A stretch of DNA of 64,000 nt from an uncultured delta proteobacterium (GTDB lineage: Bacteria; Desulfobacterota; Binatia; JACPRU01): positions 352,001-416,000 of the forward strand of contig CAVUWD010000016.1 of the NCBI GenBank assembly GCA_963745025.1, written 5' to 3'. The notes under the pieces are model-generated. The model was not told the DNA's origin and did not search any database. It saw only the letters and a list, made by a program, of their open reading frames with translations. Both the position numbers and the translations under genes were made by a program. Numbering within the stretch: position 1 is the first letter of the stretch; every line of letters starts with the position of its first letter. Of this stretch, positions 20,073-30,349 are shown in pieces.

Positions 20073-22988
20073 TTAACCCTGGAACGCGGCCTTCTCGAAG
20101 GAGACGTTCGTCTGCCGGTCGGTCTGCAGCGGAGCCCAGTTCCACAGCGTGTACTCGTAGTGGCGGTAGCCGCCCGCGAACTGTAGCCCTTTCGGCACCC
20201 CCGGCAGGAGGCCGTCATACGGCATCCAGTTCGGGTACTGGTACGGCTCCCAGGCGTGGTAGATCACCACCTGATCGCGCCGCGTGCACGGGGAAAGCTT
20301 GGCGCGCACCAGGAACTCGCCGTAGTCGTTGAAGACGCGGACGAAGTCGTTGTCCTTGACGCCTTTCTCCGCCGCAACCTCGTCGTTGACGAAGATGAAG
20401 GGCTCGCCGCGGTGGAGCTGCAGCATCTCAGGCGAGACGATCCAATTGGCGTGGACGCTCCAGCGCAGGTGTCCGCTGGTGAGCCGCAGGGGATGGTGGC
20501 CGGCGATGAACGGCGGCTCCTTGAAACGGACCAGGTGCTCGTCGGCCTCTATGAACCAGGGGTGGTCGAGGTAAAACTCGATGCGCCGCGTGGTCGTCGC
20601 GTACGGGACCTTTTGGTCCACCTGATCACGGAACGGCACGTGGATGTCGCCGGGGATCATATCGGCATTTTGCACCACCGAGGCGTGCCACGTCGGGCGC
20701 CCGGAGAGCCACGCCTTGCCCGTGCGCCGCACGTTCTCGAGGCTCACCTCGTCACCGTCGAGGCTCGTGTACCAGCCCATCTTCCCCATGGCGCGATAGG
20801 TGCCGTCGAGCAGTCGCTCCTCGTCCTCGTTCGAGTCGCCGTAGCGATGCCCGTAGGTCGCCCGCCAGTAGAGCTCGTCGACGACGATCTCGCGGTCACC
20901 CGACTTGTACTTCTCGATGCCCCGCGCCTTGAGGCCCTTCTCGCAGCCGCGCACGAGCCCGAGGACGATCTGGCGATCGCTCTTCGACTCGCCGAGCATG
21001 GGCACGGACTGGTCGGTGAAGGTCATGAACCGCGTGTGCGGCGTCGAGTACTTGGCGTCCGCGTACTCGTAGTGAGAGGCCGCCGGCAACACGTAGTCGG
21101 AGAAGAGCGCGGTCGTGCTCCAGCGCGGATCCAGCGTCACCACCAGGTCGAGCTTCGGCCAGAGCGTCTTGAAGTAGGTGTTCATGCCGCCGCGATGGCG
21201 ACGCAGCGGGTTCGAGCCCGACACGAACATCACCTTCGGCGGGCAATCCTTCGCGGGCCTGTCGAACCCCTTCCACCACCCCTTCGCGATGGCCTCCTCG
21301 GCGTATTCGCTGATCTTCTTCTTGCAGTTGGGATCCTCGAGATGCTTGTCCCACACCTCCTTGTAGCCGGCGTGGTGGTACCAGAGGGCCCAAGGGGGAG
21401 AGAGGGTTCCGGCGGCCCGCAAGAGCTCGCGGAGCGAGCCGAGGGACGCCTCCACCGGAGGCATCGTCGGATCCATCTTCACGCGGTTCTTGTAGTCCTC
21501 CATCATCATCTGGAACATGTTCATCGTGCTCGCGATCGGATCCTCGGCCTCGATCGTGTCCTTCGGCATACCGCTGACGATCGGCATAGCGCAACCGAAC
21601 TCCGTCCCCGCCGACCAGCCGCGTGAACCCGTGCCCGCTTTGCCAAGGTTTCCGGTGAGTGCGAGCATGTAGCAGTAGGAGCGCTCGAGCAGGTCGCCGT
21701 GGTAAAGCTTGCCGGCGTTCCAGTTCACGAAAACGAAGACCTTGCGCGGCGGCCGACAGAGATCGGCGATCTGCTGCAGCGTCTCAGGATGCACGCCCGC
21801 CTGCTCGTGCACTTTGTCGGGGGTGTATTCGGCGACCCGCTCCTTCAGCAGGTGGAAAACCGTTGTGACCGCGATCTCCTTTCCGTCCTTCAGCCGCACC
21901 GTCTGCGTCCCGTCGAGGGCGTAGTCACCCGACATCCGTAGCGTATCCTTGGGCAACGGTACGATCTTTCCGGAGGCATCGAGAGCGTAGAACTGTTCGG
22001 CGTCACCGCCCTCCTTGAGATCGGCCTCGCGCAGGAACCGCTTGTCGTCGCTGCGCACGAGCACCGGCAGGTCCGTCTGCTCCTTCATGAACTCCTCGTC
22101 GATCCAGCCGTTCTCGATGAGGATCCGGCAGACACCGAGCCACAGCGACGGGTCGGCCGACCAGTTGATCGGCACCCACACGTCGGCGAACTGCGCGGAG
22201 GCGTTCTTGTCCGGTGCGATGGCGACGATCTTTGCGCCGCGGTAACGCGCCTCGAGCATGTAGTGGACGTCGGGGATGTTCGCGTAGATGGGGTTCGAGA
22301 GCATGATGATCGTGTCCGGGAGAAACCACGTCTCGATCCCGGGGGTGTGCTGGAACTGCCCGAACGTCAGATACTGACCCACGTTGAAGTCGCCGATCAT
22401 GAAGTTGATGTCGAAGCTGACGCCGCCGAGGAGGGCGGTGAGGCCGGTGATGGTGATCTCGCTCGCGCCGCGGACGATGCCGAGGCCGTTCGTGCAGTGG
22501 TCGTCGATCACCGACTGCGGCCCGTGCTTCTCGATCGCCTCCGCCGTCTTGGCACCGATCTCGTCGAAGGCCTGCTCCCAGGTGATGCGCTCCCACTGGC
22601 CGCTGCCGCGCTCGCCCTTGCGCTTCATCGGATAGAGCACGCGGTCGGGTCCGTACATCGAGCGCGAGTGCTGGTAGCCCTTCTGGCAACCCCGGGGGTT
22701 GTAGTCCGGAACGCGGTACTCGGGGTCTGTGAACTCCGGATACGTGCACGAGATCTCCTCGCGGATCACCTTTCCGTCCTTGACGTACACGCGGAACGGG
22801 CAACTCCCCGGGTAGCAGTTCACTCGGTGCGTGCCCCACTTCCAGCAGTCGAATTTGAAATAGTCATCGGGTGATACGACGTCCCCCGCGTGTGGGTAAG
22901 CCCGTGCTCGTCGAGATACTGCGAGAGCCTCCTCACGCTGTTCGACGATCGTCGGGACCGCGGCATCGGTGTCATTCTTGTTCGTCAT
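20073..22988 (-). CDS. Mo-bisPGD enzyme alpha subunit, DMSO reductase subfamily II (EbdA/NarG-like), no functional Tat signal
   Basis: FS0 motif THRVNC-x4-C...NPRGCQKG; IGD Asp ligand; SGHLRWSVHA and YHAWEP. Confidence 0.92.
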   Translation of the reverse strand: MTNKNDTDAAVPTIVEQREEALAVSRRARAYPHAGDVVSPDDYFKFDCWKWGTHRVNCYPGSCPFRVYVKDGKVIREEISCTYPEFTDPEYRVPDYNPRGCQKGYQHSRSMYGPDRVLYPMKRKGERGSGQWERITWEQAFDEIGAKTAEAIEKHGPQSVIDDHCTNGLGIVRGASEITITGLTALLGGVSFDINFMIGDFNVGQYLTFGQFQHTPGIETWFLPDTIIMLSNPIYANIPDVHYMLEARYRGAKIVAIAPDKNASAQFADVWVPINWSADPSLWLGVCRILIENGWIDEEFMKEQTDLPVLVRSDDKRFLREADLKEGGDAEQFYALDASGKIVPLPKDTLRMSGDYALDGTQTVRLKDGKEIAVTTVFHLLKERVAEYTPDKVHEQAGVHPETLQQIADLCRPPRKVFVFVNWNAGKLYHGDLLERSYCYMLALTGNLGKAGTGSRGWSAGTEFGCAMPIVSGMPKDTIEAEDPIASTMNMFQMMMEDYKNRVKMDPTMPPVEASLGSLRELLRAAGTLSPPWALWYHHAGYKEVWDKHLEDPNCKKKISEYAEEAIAKGWWKGFDRPAKDCPPKVMFVSGSNPLRRHRGGMNTYFKTLWPKLDLVVTLDPRWSTTALFSDYVLPAASHYEYADAKYSTPHTRFMTFTDQSVPMLGESKSDRQIVLGLVRGCEKGLKARGIEKYKSGDREIVVDELYWRATYGHRYGDSNEDEERLLDGTYRAMGKMGWYTSLDGDEVSLENVRRTGKAWLSGRPTWHASVVQNADMIPGDIHVPFRDQVDQKVPYATTTRRIEFYLDHPWFIEADEHLVRFKEPPFIAGHHPLRLTSGHLRWSVHANWIVSPEMLQLHRGEPFIFVNDEVAAEKGVKDNDFVRVFNDYGEFLVRAKLSPCTRRDQVVIYHAWEPYQYPNWMPYDGLLPGVPKGLQFAGGYRHYEYTLWNWAPLQTDRQTNVSFEKAAFQG

Positions 22989-23016
22989 CGTCGTGTTCTC
23001 CTCGATTGGAGGGCGT

Positions 23017-24039
23017 TCAGCCGAGCGAGTTCTGCGGCGCGTCCACGCTGAACGGCGTGAAGGCGTCCGCCCAACGGTAGATGATCAGCAGGTCCATGAG
23101 CTCGGAGCGCTCGCCGGCGGCGGCTTTCTCGCGATGCTCCTTCAACGTGGCGAGCGCCTGATCGACCTCCGGCCCGAAGTAGCTGCGCAGCAGCTGGATC
23201 GGAATGTCGGCTGCCGCAGTCGGTTGATTGCCGGGGCCGAGGTGCGGCGGTCGCACGAAGGGCGGCACGTAGTAGACGTTCGGCTCCGTGCCGAAGTCGG
23301 GCCGCAAGGGGAGAGCCACCTTGTACTGCTTGACGAGCTTGTGGATGTAGCTCGCCTTGTCGTCCAGATAGCCGAATAGCATGGCCCGGGCGGGACAGCT
23401 CTTGGCGCATACCGGCGCGTAGTCCTTCTCGACGCGCATCACGCAGAAGTCGCACATCTCGGCGACGGAGTTCTTCAGGTTGCTCATGGGGATCTTGTAG
23501 GGGCAGCCCGCCACACACACGCCGCAGTCGTCGCACGACTTCGGATCGATCATCACGATCCCGTCCGACTCGCGCTTCGACATGGCCGGGGCGGCGCCGA
23601 TGTCCGCGGCGTGCTCCTCGCACGCCTTCACGCACGGCGGGTTCGTGCAGTGATTGCAGAGGCGGGGCATGTAGAAAAAATGCCCGTTCGGCCACTGGCC
23701 CGCCCCCTGGTCCTCCTCCCAGATCGGCCCCCACGTCGGGGTCTGGCCGGTCTCCTCGACGATCGGGCGCAGGTACTTTTCACGGTTCCCCGATTCGTAG
23801 ACACCCTTCCAATCGAAGGTCCACGTGCCGCCGTAGTCATGCACCCGGTCGGGAATCTTGCGGCCGGCCTCCATCCAGTTTCTCGGCCAGCCCTTGCCGG
23901 GCTTGGTCTCGACCCAGATGTAGTAGAGCATCTCGCAGCCCGGCCGGTTCAGGCGGTGGGTGCGGCAGGTCACCGTGCACCCCTGGCAGCCGATGCACTT
24001 GTCGAGATTGATTACCATCGCGAGCTGTTTCGTTGCCAT
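23017..24039 (-). CDS. Fe-S beta subunit (EbdB/NarH-like)
   Basis: CIGCQGCTVTC, CNHCTNPPC, CDDCGVCVAGC, CDFC..CAKSC and FGTEPNVYYVPP. Confidence 0.92.
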   Translation of the reverse strand: MATKQLAMVINLDKCIGCQGCTVTCRTHRLNRPGCEMLYYIWVETKPGKGWPRNWMEAGRKIPDRVHDYGGTWTFDWKGVYESGNREKYLRPIVEETGQTPTWGPIWEEDQGAGQWPNGHFFYMPRLCNHCTNPPCVKACEEHAADIGAAPAMSKRESDGIVMIDPKSCDDCGVCVAGCPYKIPMSNLKNSVAEMCDFCVMRVEKDYAPVCAKSCPARAMLFGYLDDKASYIHKLVKQYKVALPLRPDFGTEPNVYYVPPFVRPPHLGPGNQPTAAADIPIQLLRSYFGPEVDQALATLKEHREKAAAGERSELMDLLIIYRWADAFTPFSVDAPQNSLG

Positions 24040-24097
24040 CGCGCGCTCCTCTTCTCTCTTTTCCTATTATTATCGTTGCTCTCTGGTTGTTGGCTTT

Positions 24098-24113
24098 TGC
24101 ATTAGCCATGCCA
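24098..24113 (-). promoter_or_regulatory. sigma54 promoter (Mo-enzyme/U32 operon)
   Basis: Minus strand TGGCATGGCTAATGCA. Confidence 0.7.
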
Positions 24114-24343
24114 CGAGTGCGGTGGACCCGAATCGATGGTATCGCCGTTAGGATCGCGCGTATCCGCAAACACAGGCGAAGTTCTCCTCAATATTATGGA
24201 GCAGTTGGATACAGTTGCTTTCCATTTCGAGTCAGTTTCGGGGAAAACCCATCTCGGCCTTCAAAATTTCCAACAATGGGGAGGTGCTATAGGGGCCCGA
24301 TGCGATTCGGCCCGCGGCTTTGACCGAAAGGATGGAACGAGCC

Positions 24344-24359
24344 TGGAACGATCCTTGCG
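24344..24359 (+). promoter_or_regulatory. sigma54 promoter (bcr operon)
   Basis: TGGAACGATCCTTGCG. Confidence 0.7.
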
Positions 24360-24386
24360 ATGTCGGTACTGTACGTTAGCGCTGCA

Positions 24387-25547
24387 ATGAACCTACTGGC
24401 GGAATTCGATGGCGAGCCCCTGGAAGAGGTCCTTACGCTCTGCCGCGACTGCATCGAGGACGCGAAGTTCGACACCGTGCGCCGCTGGCGCGAGACCGGC
24501 GGTAAGGTCGTTGGCCATTTTCAAGTGTATTTTCCAGAGGAGATCGCGCACGCGGCCGGACTCTTGCCCGTCAAGGTACGAGGCGCACAGGTCGAGACCC
24601 CGCAAGCGGACTCTCGCTTCGGATCGTACCTGTGCTCGATTCTGCGCACGTCGCTCGAGCTGGCGCTCAGCGACCGGCTGAAGCTCGACCTCTTCATCAC
24701 TCCCCCGATTTGCGACGCCGCACGCAACCTCGCCGGCATCTGGGCCCGGAATTTCTCCTACCCTGCGCAGATCCTCTATCTGCCGCAGAATCCCAACTCT
24801 GCCCACGCCGCGGCGTACCTCACCGGCGAATACGGGCGTCTCAAGGAAGTCATCGAGGGCGTGGCGGGGAAGCGGGTCGGCGACGACGATCTCCGTCGCT
24901 CGATCGCGATCTTCAATCAGAATCGGAGCCTGATCCGAGAGCTCTATGCGATCAAGCGGGAGGCGCCTTGGTTGCTCTCCGTCGAAGATGCGTACGCCCT
25001 CGTGGGCGTCGGCGGTCTGATCCCTCGGGAGGAGCACAACCGGCTCCTCGCCGCCCAGATACCGCGGATCCGCGCCCGCTCCGCGCGGAGGCAAGACAAG
25101 ATCCGCGTGGTCTTCGAGGGGGGCTTCTGCGAGCAGCCCCCGCTCGAGATGCTGCGGGTCATCGGCGAGTCCTGCTACATCGTGGACGACGACCTGCTCA
25201 TCGGTCTGCGCTGGATCGAGGAGGACGTGCCGCTCGAGGGTGATCCGCTCGCTAACCTGGCCGAGGCCTACCTCGAGCGCTCCTCCTACAGTCCGGTGCA
25301 GCACGACTTGCGAAAGCCGAAGGAGCGGATGCTGCTCGAGCGCATTCGGCGCGCAGGCGCCGACGCCGTGATCCTCACCGCCGCGAAGATGTGCGAGCCG
25401 GGCCTGGACGAGCAGGTGACCTACACGAAGACCCTCGACGCGGCCGGCATACCCTACTTCGTCAGCGAGTTCGAAGAGAAGATGACGAGCTTCGACCATC
25501 TGCAGATGCAGCTCGAGACATTCGCCGAGAACCTGCTCTTCGATTGA
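24387..25547 (+). CDS. bcrC: Class I benzoyl-CoA reductase subunit C-like (2-hydroxyacyl-CoA dehydratase family)
   Basis: [32 protein letters not shown] and KMCEP. Confidence 0.75.
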   Translation: MNLLAEFDGEPLEEVLTLCRDCIEDAKFDTVRRWRETGGKVVGHFQVYFPEEIAHAAGLLPVKVRGAQVETPQADSRFGSYLCSILRTSLELALSDRLKLDLFITPPICDAARNLAGIWARNFSYPAQILYLPQNPNSAHAAAYLTGEYGRLKEVIEGVAGKRVGDDDLRRSIAIFNQNRSLIRELYAIKREAPWLLSVEDAYALVGVGGLIPREEHNRLLAAQIPRIRARSARRQDKIRVVFEGGFCEQPPLEMLRVIGESCYIVDDDLLIGLRWIEEDVPLEGDPLANLAEAYLERSSYSPVQHDLRKPKERMLLERIRRAGADAVILTAAKMCEPGLDEQVTYTKTLDAAGIPYFVSEFEEKMTSFDHLQMQLETFAENLLFD

Positions 25548-25580
25548 GGGCCGAATGGACCGAGCTAGAAACCGGAAACG

Positions 25581-26870
25581 ATGACGGACCAGGAAAGCAT
25601 CGTAGGCCGCGGGGCGAAGGAAGGAAGCCGGCTCTTCCGCGAGTGGTACGGCGGTCTCAACGCCGCTGCCGAGCGAGGGGCGCCGACCGCATACGTCTTC
25701 GTGATGGGCAGCATCGCCGAGATCCTCCGGGTCTTCGACTTCTGCATGGTCTTCCCGGAGATCAACTCGCTGCAGACCGCGGTGCGTGGCGTCGCGCAGG
25801 ACTACCTGAACCAGGCCGAGGAATACGGGTACTCGACGGACATCTGCGGCTACTTGAAGGCCGACGTCGCTCTACAGCTGCGCCAGGGTGCTCATCCGAT
25901 GGGGCGGATCCCCAAGCCCACGCTCGCGGTGGTCACCAACGCCTGCAACACGTACATCAAGTGGGCCGAGATCTGGGAGCGTCTCCACCACATCCCGATC
26001 TTCACGATGGACGTGCCCGGGGCGCGCAGCGCCGGAGAAGAGCCGCGCTGCGGAAGTAAGGAGCTCGAGCGAGACCGCGGCTACGTCGAGGCGCAGCTCC
26101 GTGAGCTCGTCGCCCTCTGCGAGCAGCTGACGCACAAAAAGCTCGATCTCGATCGGCTGCGCGAGGTGCTGAGTCACACCAACGACATGAGCCGCAGCTG
26201 GCGCCGCATCCTCGAGCTCAACCAGGCGAGCCCGGCCGTGTTCAACGCCTTGACCGACGGGACGATCTTCCTCGGTGTCGCCAACGCCCTGCGGGGAACC
26301 GCCGAGGGCGCCGCGTATTTCCGCGACCTCGTCGAGGAGATGGAGCTGAAGGCGAGTCGGGGAATCGGCGTGTTGCCCGAAGAAAAGCACCGCCTCACCT
26401 TCGTAGGGGTCCCGTGCTACCCGATGTTCAGGCGCTTCTACGAGCTCTTCGCCGAGTGGGGCGGCGTCTTCGTGAACTCGACGTATCTGTCCTTTGCGGC
26501 CGGGGGCCTGAATCTCGGCTACCAGTACGACCTCGAGCGCCCGCTCGCCAGCCTGGCCGAGGGAATCCTCATGAGCCTCCGGCACAGCATGGACGCCATG
26601 TTCTTCCAGGACCGCTCGCTGGTGGAAATGGCCCAATCGTTCCGGGTGGACGGAATCGTCTACCACCCGATCAAGAGCTGCCGCACGGTCTCCACCGGGC
26701 TCGCGGACAATCGCCGCGCGGTCATGGAGAGGTACGACGTGCCGTGCCTCTTCATCGAGTCGGACATGATGGACAAGCGGGTGGTCGCCGAAGCCCAGCT
26801 CAAGAATCGGATCGACGCCTTCTTCGAGGGCCTAGCCAGCCGCAAGCTGCGCGCTCAGGCGCGCCCGTAG
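25581..26870 (+). CDS. bcrB: Class I benzoyl-CoA reductase subunit B-like
   Basis: FPEINSLQ, DICGYLKADV, CNTYIKW, IKSCR and FIESDMMD..QLKNRIDAFFE. Confidence 0.75.
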   Translation: MTDQESIVGRGAKEGSRLFREWYGGLNAAAERGAPTAYVFVMGSIAEILRVFDFCMVFPEINSLQTAVRGVAQDYLNQAEEYGYSTDICGYLKADVALQLRQGAHPMGRIPKPTLAVVTNACNTYIKWAEIWERLHHIPIFTMDVPGARSAGEEPRCGSKELERDRGYVEAQLRELVALCEQLTHKKLDLDRLREVLSHTNDMSRSWRRILELNQASPAVFNALTDGTIFLGVANALRGTAEGAAYFRDLVEEMELKASRGIGVLPEEKHRLTFVGVPCYPMFRRFYELFAEWGGVFVNSTYLSFAAGGLNLGYQYDLERPLASLAEGILMSLRHSMDAMFFQDRSLVEMAQSFRVDGIVYHPIKSCRTVSTGLADNRRAVMERYDVPCLFIESDMMDKRVVAEAQLKNRIDAFFEGLASRKLRAQARP

Positions 26871-26891
26871 AAGGCGAGAAGAGGGAAGCCC

Positions 26892-27740
26892 ATGACGTAC
26901 GCGGCTGGGATCGACGTCGGATCGACGCACACCAAGGCCGTCCTCATCGACGAGGATCAGCGGATCGTGAGCCGGGCGCTCGTGGATACGGGAGCGAACG
27001 TCGTCACGGCCGCAGAGAAGGCCTTTCGCGCTGCCCTCGACGGTGCGTCCGCCTCCGAGGAGGAGGTGGCGTTCATCGTCGGCACGGGATACGGCCGCTA
27101 CAAGGTGACCTTCGGTGACGCGCAGGTGACGGAGATCAGCTGCCACGCGCGCGGTGCGGTGCTCATGTTCCCCGCGACACAGACGGTCCTCGACATGGGA
27201 GGCCAAGACACCAAGGCGATCCACATCGATCCGCGGGGAGAGGTCCTCGACTTCTGCATGAACGACAAGTGCGCCGCGGGCACGGGCCGCTTCCTGGAGG
27301 CCGCGGCCTTCGCCCTCGATCTCCCCCTAGGCGATCTCGGGCCGACCGCTCTCCGCTCGAAGAAGCCGGTGCAGATCACCACCACTTGCATCGTCTTCGG
27401 CAAGTCAGAGATCCTCTCCTGGCTGGCGCGCGGCAAGAAGGTCGAGGACATCCTCATGGGTGTGCATCGCTCGATCGCGGTGCGCTCGATGGCCCTCCTT
27501 CATCGCGTAGGCGTCAAGCCGCAGGTGACGTTCACGGGCGGGGTGAGCCGCAATCGCGGCATGGTCGAGGTGGTGCAGGAGATGCTCGGCGTGACCCTGA
27601 ACGTCAGCGAGGAATCGCAATTCATGGGCGCGCTGGGAGCCGCGCTTTTCGCCCTCGACCACATCCGCAAAAGCCGGACCGCCACCAAGCCTCCCGTGGG
27701 CAAACCCCTAGGCGCGAAGGAAGGGACGGCGCCGGCATGA
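26892..27740 (+). CDS. bcrA: ATP-dependent activator subunit (BcrA/BadF family)
   Basis: [28 protein letters not shown] and [10 protein letters not shown]. Confidence 0.75.
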   Translation: MTYAAGIDVGSTHTKAVLIDEDQRIVSRALVDTGANVVTAAEKAFRAALDGASASEEEVAFIVGTGYGRYKVTFGDAQVTEISCHARGAVLMFPATQTVLDMGGQDTKAIHIDPRGEVLDFCMNDKCAAGTGRFLEAAAFALDLPLGDLGPTALRSKKPVQITTTCIVFGKSEILSWLARGKKVEDILMGVHRSIAVRSMALLHRVGVKPQVTFTGGVSRNRGMVEVVQEMLGVTLNVSEESQFMGALGAALFALDHIRKSRTATKPPVGKPLGAKEGTAPA

Positions 27741-28597
27741 TGTTCACGGGCGGAGTCGACGTCGGATCGACGTACACGAAGGCGGTCATTCTCAGGGAGG
27801 ACGGCCGTATCGCCGCAAAGACGATGGTCGCCACCGGCTTTCGCCTGGCCGAGGCGGCGACCTGCGCGTTCGAGGACGCCATTGCCGCGGCGGGAACGAG
27901 CGAGCACGAGATCGCTTACGTGGTGAGCACCGGACTCGGCCGCTATCAGGTCCCGTTCCGCGACACCCAGGTCACCGAGCTCACGGCGAATGCGCGGGGT
28001 GCGCGCCACTTCTTCCCGAGCACGCGAACCCTGCTCGACGTCGGCGCCCAGACCATGAAGTCGAGCCGCCTCGACGAGCGCGGCAAGGTGAAGGCGTTCC
28101 GACTCACCGACAAGTGCGCGGCCGGGACCGGAGCGTTCCTCGAGACGACGGCTCGCTACCTCGGCTACGAGATCGACGAGATCGGCCCACTCACCGCCAC
28201 GTCCAAGGAGCCCGTCGCGATCTTCGCAGCCTGTGCAGTATTCGCCGAGTCGGAGGTCATCAATCACGTCTCCTCCGGCCGCGCCCCGGCGGACATCATG
28301 CACGGCGCCATCGTCTCGCTCGCCGACCGCTCGGTCCAGCTCATGAAGCGGACCGGCATCGAGCCCGAGATCACGCTCGTCGGCGGCATTATGCGCTTCG
28401 AGACGATGGTCCGCGTGATGAGACAGGAGCTCAAGACGGCGGTGAACGTCCCGCCGGAGGACCTCGCACAGTACACGGGAGCGATCGGCGCGGCCCTCCT
28501 CGCTCAGCGGCGGCTAGAGAAACGTTGCGGCGAGGCCGGGGTGAACGGATCGTCGAGGGCGGCGTGCTCGGGGTCCGCTGCCGGGTTCTCGCGTTAG
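27737..28597 (+). CDS. bcrD: Second activator subunit (BcrD/BadG family)
   Basis: [15 protein letters not shown] and CAVFAESE; ATGA coupling. Confidence 0.7.
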   Translation: MMFTGGVDVGSTYTKAVILREDGRIAAKTMVATGFRLAEAATCAFEDAIAAAGTSEHEIAYVVSTGLGRYQVPFRDTQVTELTANARGARHFFPSTRTLLDVGAQTMKSSRLDERGKVKAFRLTDKCAAGTGAFLETTARYLGYEIDEIGPLTATSKEPVAIFAACAVFAESEVINHVSSGRAPADIMHGAIVSLADRSVQLMKRTGIEPEITLVGGIMRFETMVRVMRQELKTAVNVPPEDLAQYTGAIGAALLAQRRLEKRCGEAGVNGSSRAACSGSAAGFSR

Positions 28598-28641
28598 CAG
28601 TCTGCACCGTCAGTTGGGGCTGAAGGGAGGCTCGAACCGGC

Positions 28642-29667
28642 GTGGGCATGCTCGTGAACGGCGTCTGGACGCAGCAGGGATACGACATGCGGAAGACGGG
28701 CGGCGCTTTCGTCCGCTCGGAGACGACATTCCGACGGTGGATCACCGCGGACGGCTCATCGGGGTTCCGCGCCGAGCCCGGCCGCTACCATCTCTTCGTT
28801 TCGCTCGCCTGCCCGTGGGCGAGCCGCGTGGTGATCGTTCGCAAGCTCAAGAAGCTCCAGGACGCAATCTCGATGTCGATCGTGTACTGGGGCGACGAGG
28901 GGTGGTTCGGCGCCGGGGGGGACTCTTTCCCCGAAACCGTGAAGGGCTCGATACGGCTGCACCAGGTCTACACCGCGGCCCGGCCCAGCTACACCGGCCG
29001 CGTCACCGTACCCGTGCTGTGGGATCACAAACAGCGGACGATCGTGAACAACGACTCGGCGGAGATTCTCCGGATGCTGAACGGCGAATTCGACGCCTTC
29101 GGCGACCCCACGGTAGACTTCTACCCTGAAGATCTCCGGCCCGAGATCGACCGCTTGAACGCGTTCGTCTACGAGAACGTGAACGACGGCGTCTATCGCG
29201 CCGGCTTCGCCGCCTCGCAATGGGCCTACGAGGAAGCGTTCGAGCGTCTATTCGCCGCCCTCGACGAACTCGAGGCGCGCCTCGCGCGGTCCCGTTACCT
29301 CGTCGGCCACCGCATCACGGAGGCGGACTGGCGGCTCTTCACGACGCTCGTGCGCTTCGACCTGGTGTACTACGCGCACTTCAAGTGCAACCGCCGCCGC
29401 CTCGTCGACTACGGGAACCTCTGGGCTTACACGCGGGATCTCTACCAGGTCCCCGGGGTGGCGGAGACCGTGGATCTCGACCACATCAAGCGGCATTATT
29501 ATGTGAGCCAGGACTGGATCAATCCTACGAGAATCGTGCCCAAAGGCCCGGAGATCGACTTCGCGGCGCCGCACGGCCGCGACCGGATCTATCCGGCTCC
29601 GCAGAGCGTTCTCTGCGAGAGGAGGACCGATGATCGACGTCACCGAGATCGCAAAAGGCATCCATAG
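28642..29667 (+). CDS. Glutathionyl-hydroquinone reductase (GST Xi/omega-like, YqjG family)
   Basis: SLACPWA, RVTVPVLWD, VNDGVY and EADWRLFTTLVRFD..HFKCN. Confidence 0.92.
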   Translation: MGMLVNGVWTQQGYDMRKTGGAFVRSETTFRRWITADGSSGFRAEPGRYHLFVSLACPWASRVVIVRKLKKLQDAISMSIVYWGDEGWFGAGGDSFPETVKGSIRLHQVYTAARPSYTGRVTVPVLWDHKQRTIVNNDSAEILRMLNGEFDAFGDPTVDFYPEDLRPEIDRLNAFVYENVNDGVYRAGFAASQWAYEEAFERLFAALDELEARLARSRYLVGHRITEADWRLFTTLVRFDLVYYAHFKCNRRRLVDYGNLWAYTRDLYQVPGVAETVDLDHIKRHYYVSQDWINPTRIVPKGPEIDFAAPHGRDRIYPAPQSVLCERRTDDRRHRDRKRHP

Positions 29668-30349
29668 AATCTCCCTTTGGGAGGAGGAGGACTTGATGAA
29701 GCGTCGGCTGATGTCCCACGGCTTCACCATCAACATGTTTCTCATCAAGGCCCGCAGACCCGCGATCATCGAGACGCTGCTCCGCAACACCTTCAAGCGC
29801 GTGCGCAGATGCGTCGAGAAAATCGTCGATCCCGCCAAGCTGAGATACGTGGTGATTCCGCATCACGAGGGGGACTCGTCGGGCGCCATCAACGAATGGC
29901 TCCGGGTCGCGCCACGAGCAGTGCCGCTGTGCTCGGAGATGTGCGCGGTTCTTTCGCTGCGAGACTTTTCCAACCGAGAGCCGACCGTCGTTTCCGACGG
30001 CCAGGTGATCGATCTTGGAAGCCACCGTCTCCGCTTTCTCGTCACACCCTACGTGAATCAAATGGATAGTCTGATGGTCTATGAGGAAAGCACGTGCACG
30101 CTGTTCCCGAATGATCTTTTCTGTTCGATGGGAACCGAGATCATCACGACGGAAGACCATTCCGAAGTCGCGCTGCGCAACGCGCGTGAGCTCGGCTACC
30201 AAGCGGACGACCGAGTCAATCTCAACCGCGCCCTGGATAAGATCGCGAAACTCGACATCAAGGTCGTTGCCACCATGCACGGCCCCGCCGTCATCGGGCA
30301 CGTCAGCAATCTGATCGATGCCTTTCGCGACAACGTGATCTCGGTCTAG
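29630..30349 (+). CDS. Stand-alone flavodiiron-type metallo-beta-lactamase-fold protein
   Basis: PHHEGD, TLFPNDLF and MHG; no flavodoxin domain. Confidence 0.75.
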   Translation: MIDVTEIAKGIHRISLWEEEDLMKRRLMSHGFTINMFLIKARRPAIIETLLRNTFKRVRRCVEKIVDPAKLRYVVIPHHEGDSSGAINEWLRVAPRAVPLCSEMCAVLSLRDFSNREPTVVSDGQVIDLGSHRLRFLVTPYVNQMDSLMVYEESTCTLFPNDLFCSMGTEIITTEDHSEVALRNARELGYQADDRVNLNRALDKIAKLDIKVVATMHGPAVIGHVSNLIDAFRDNVISV

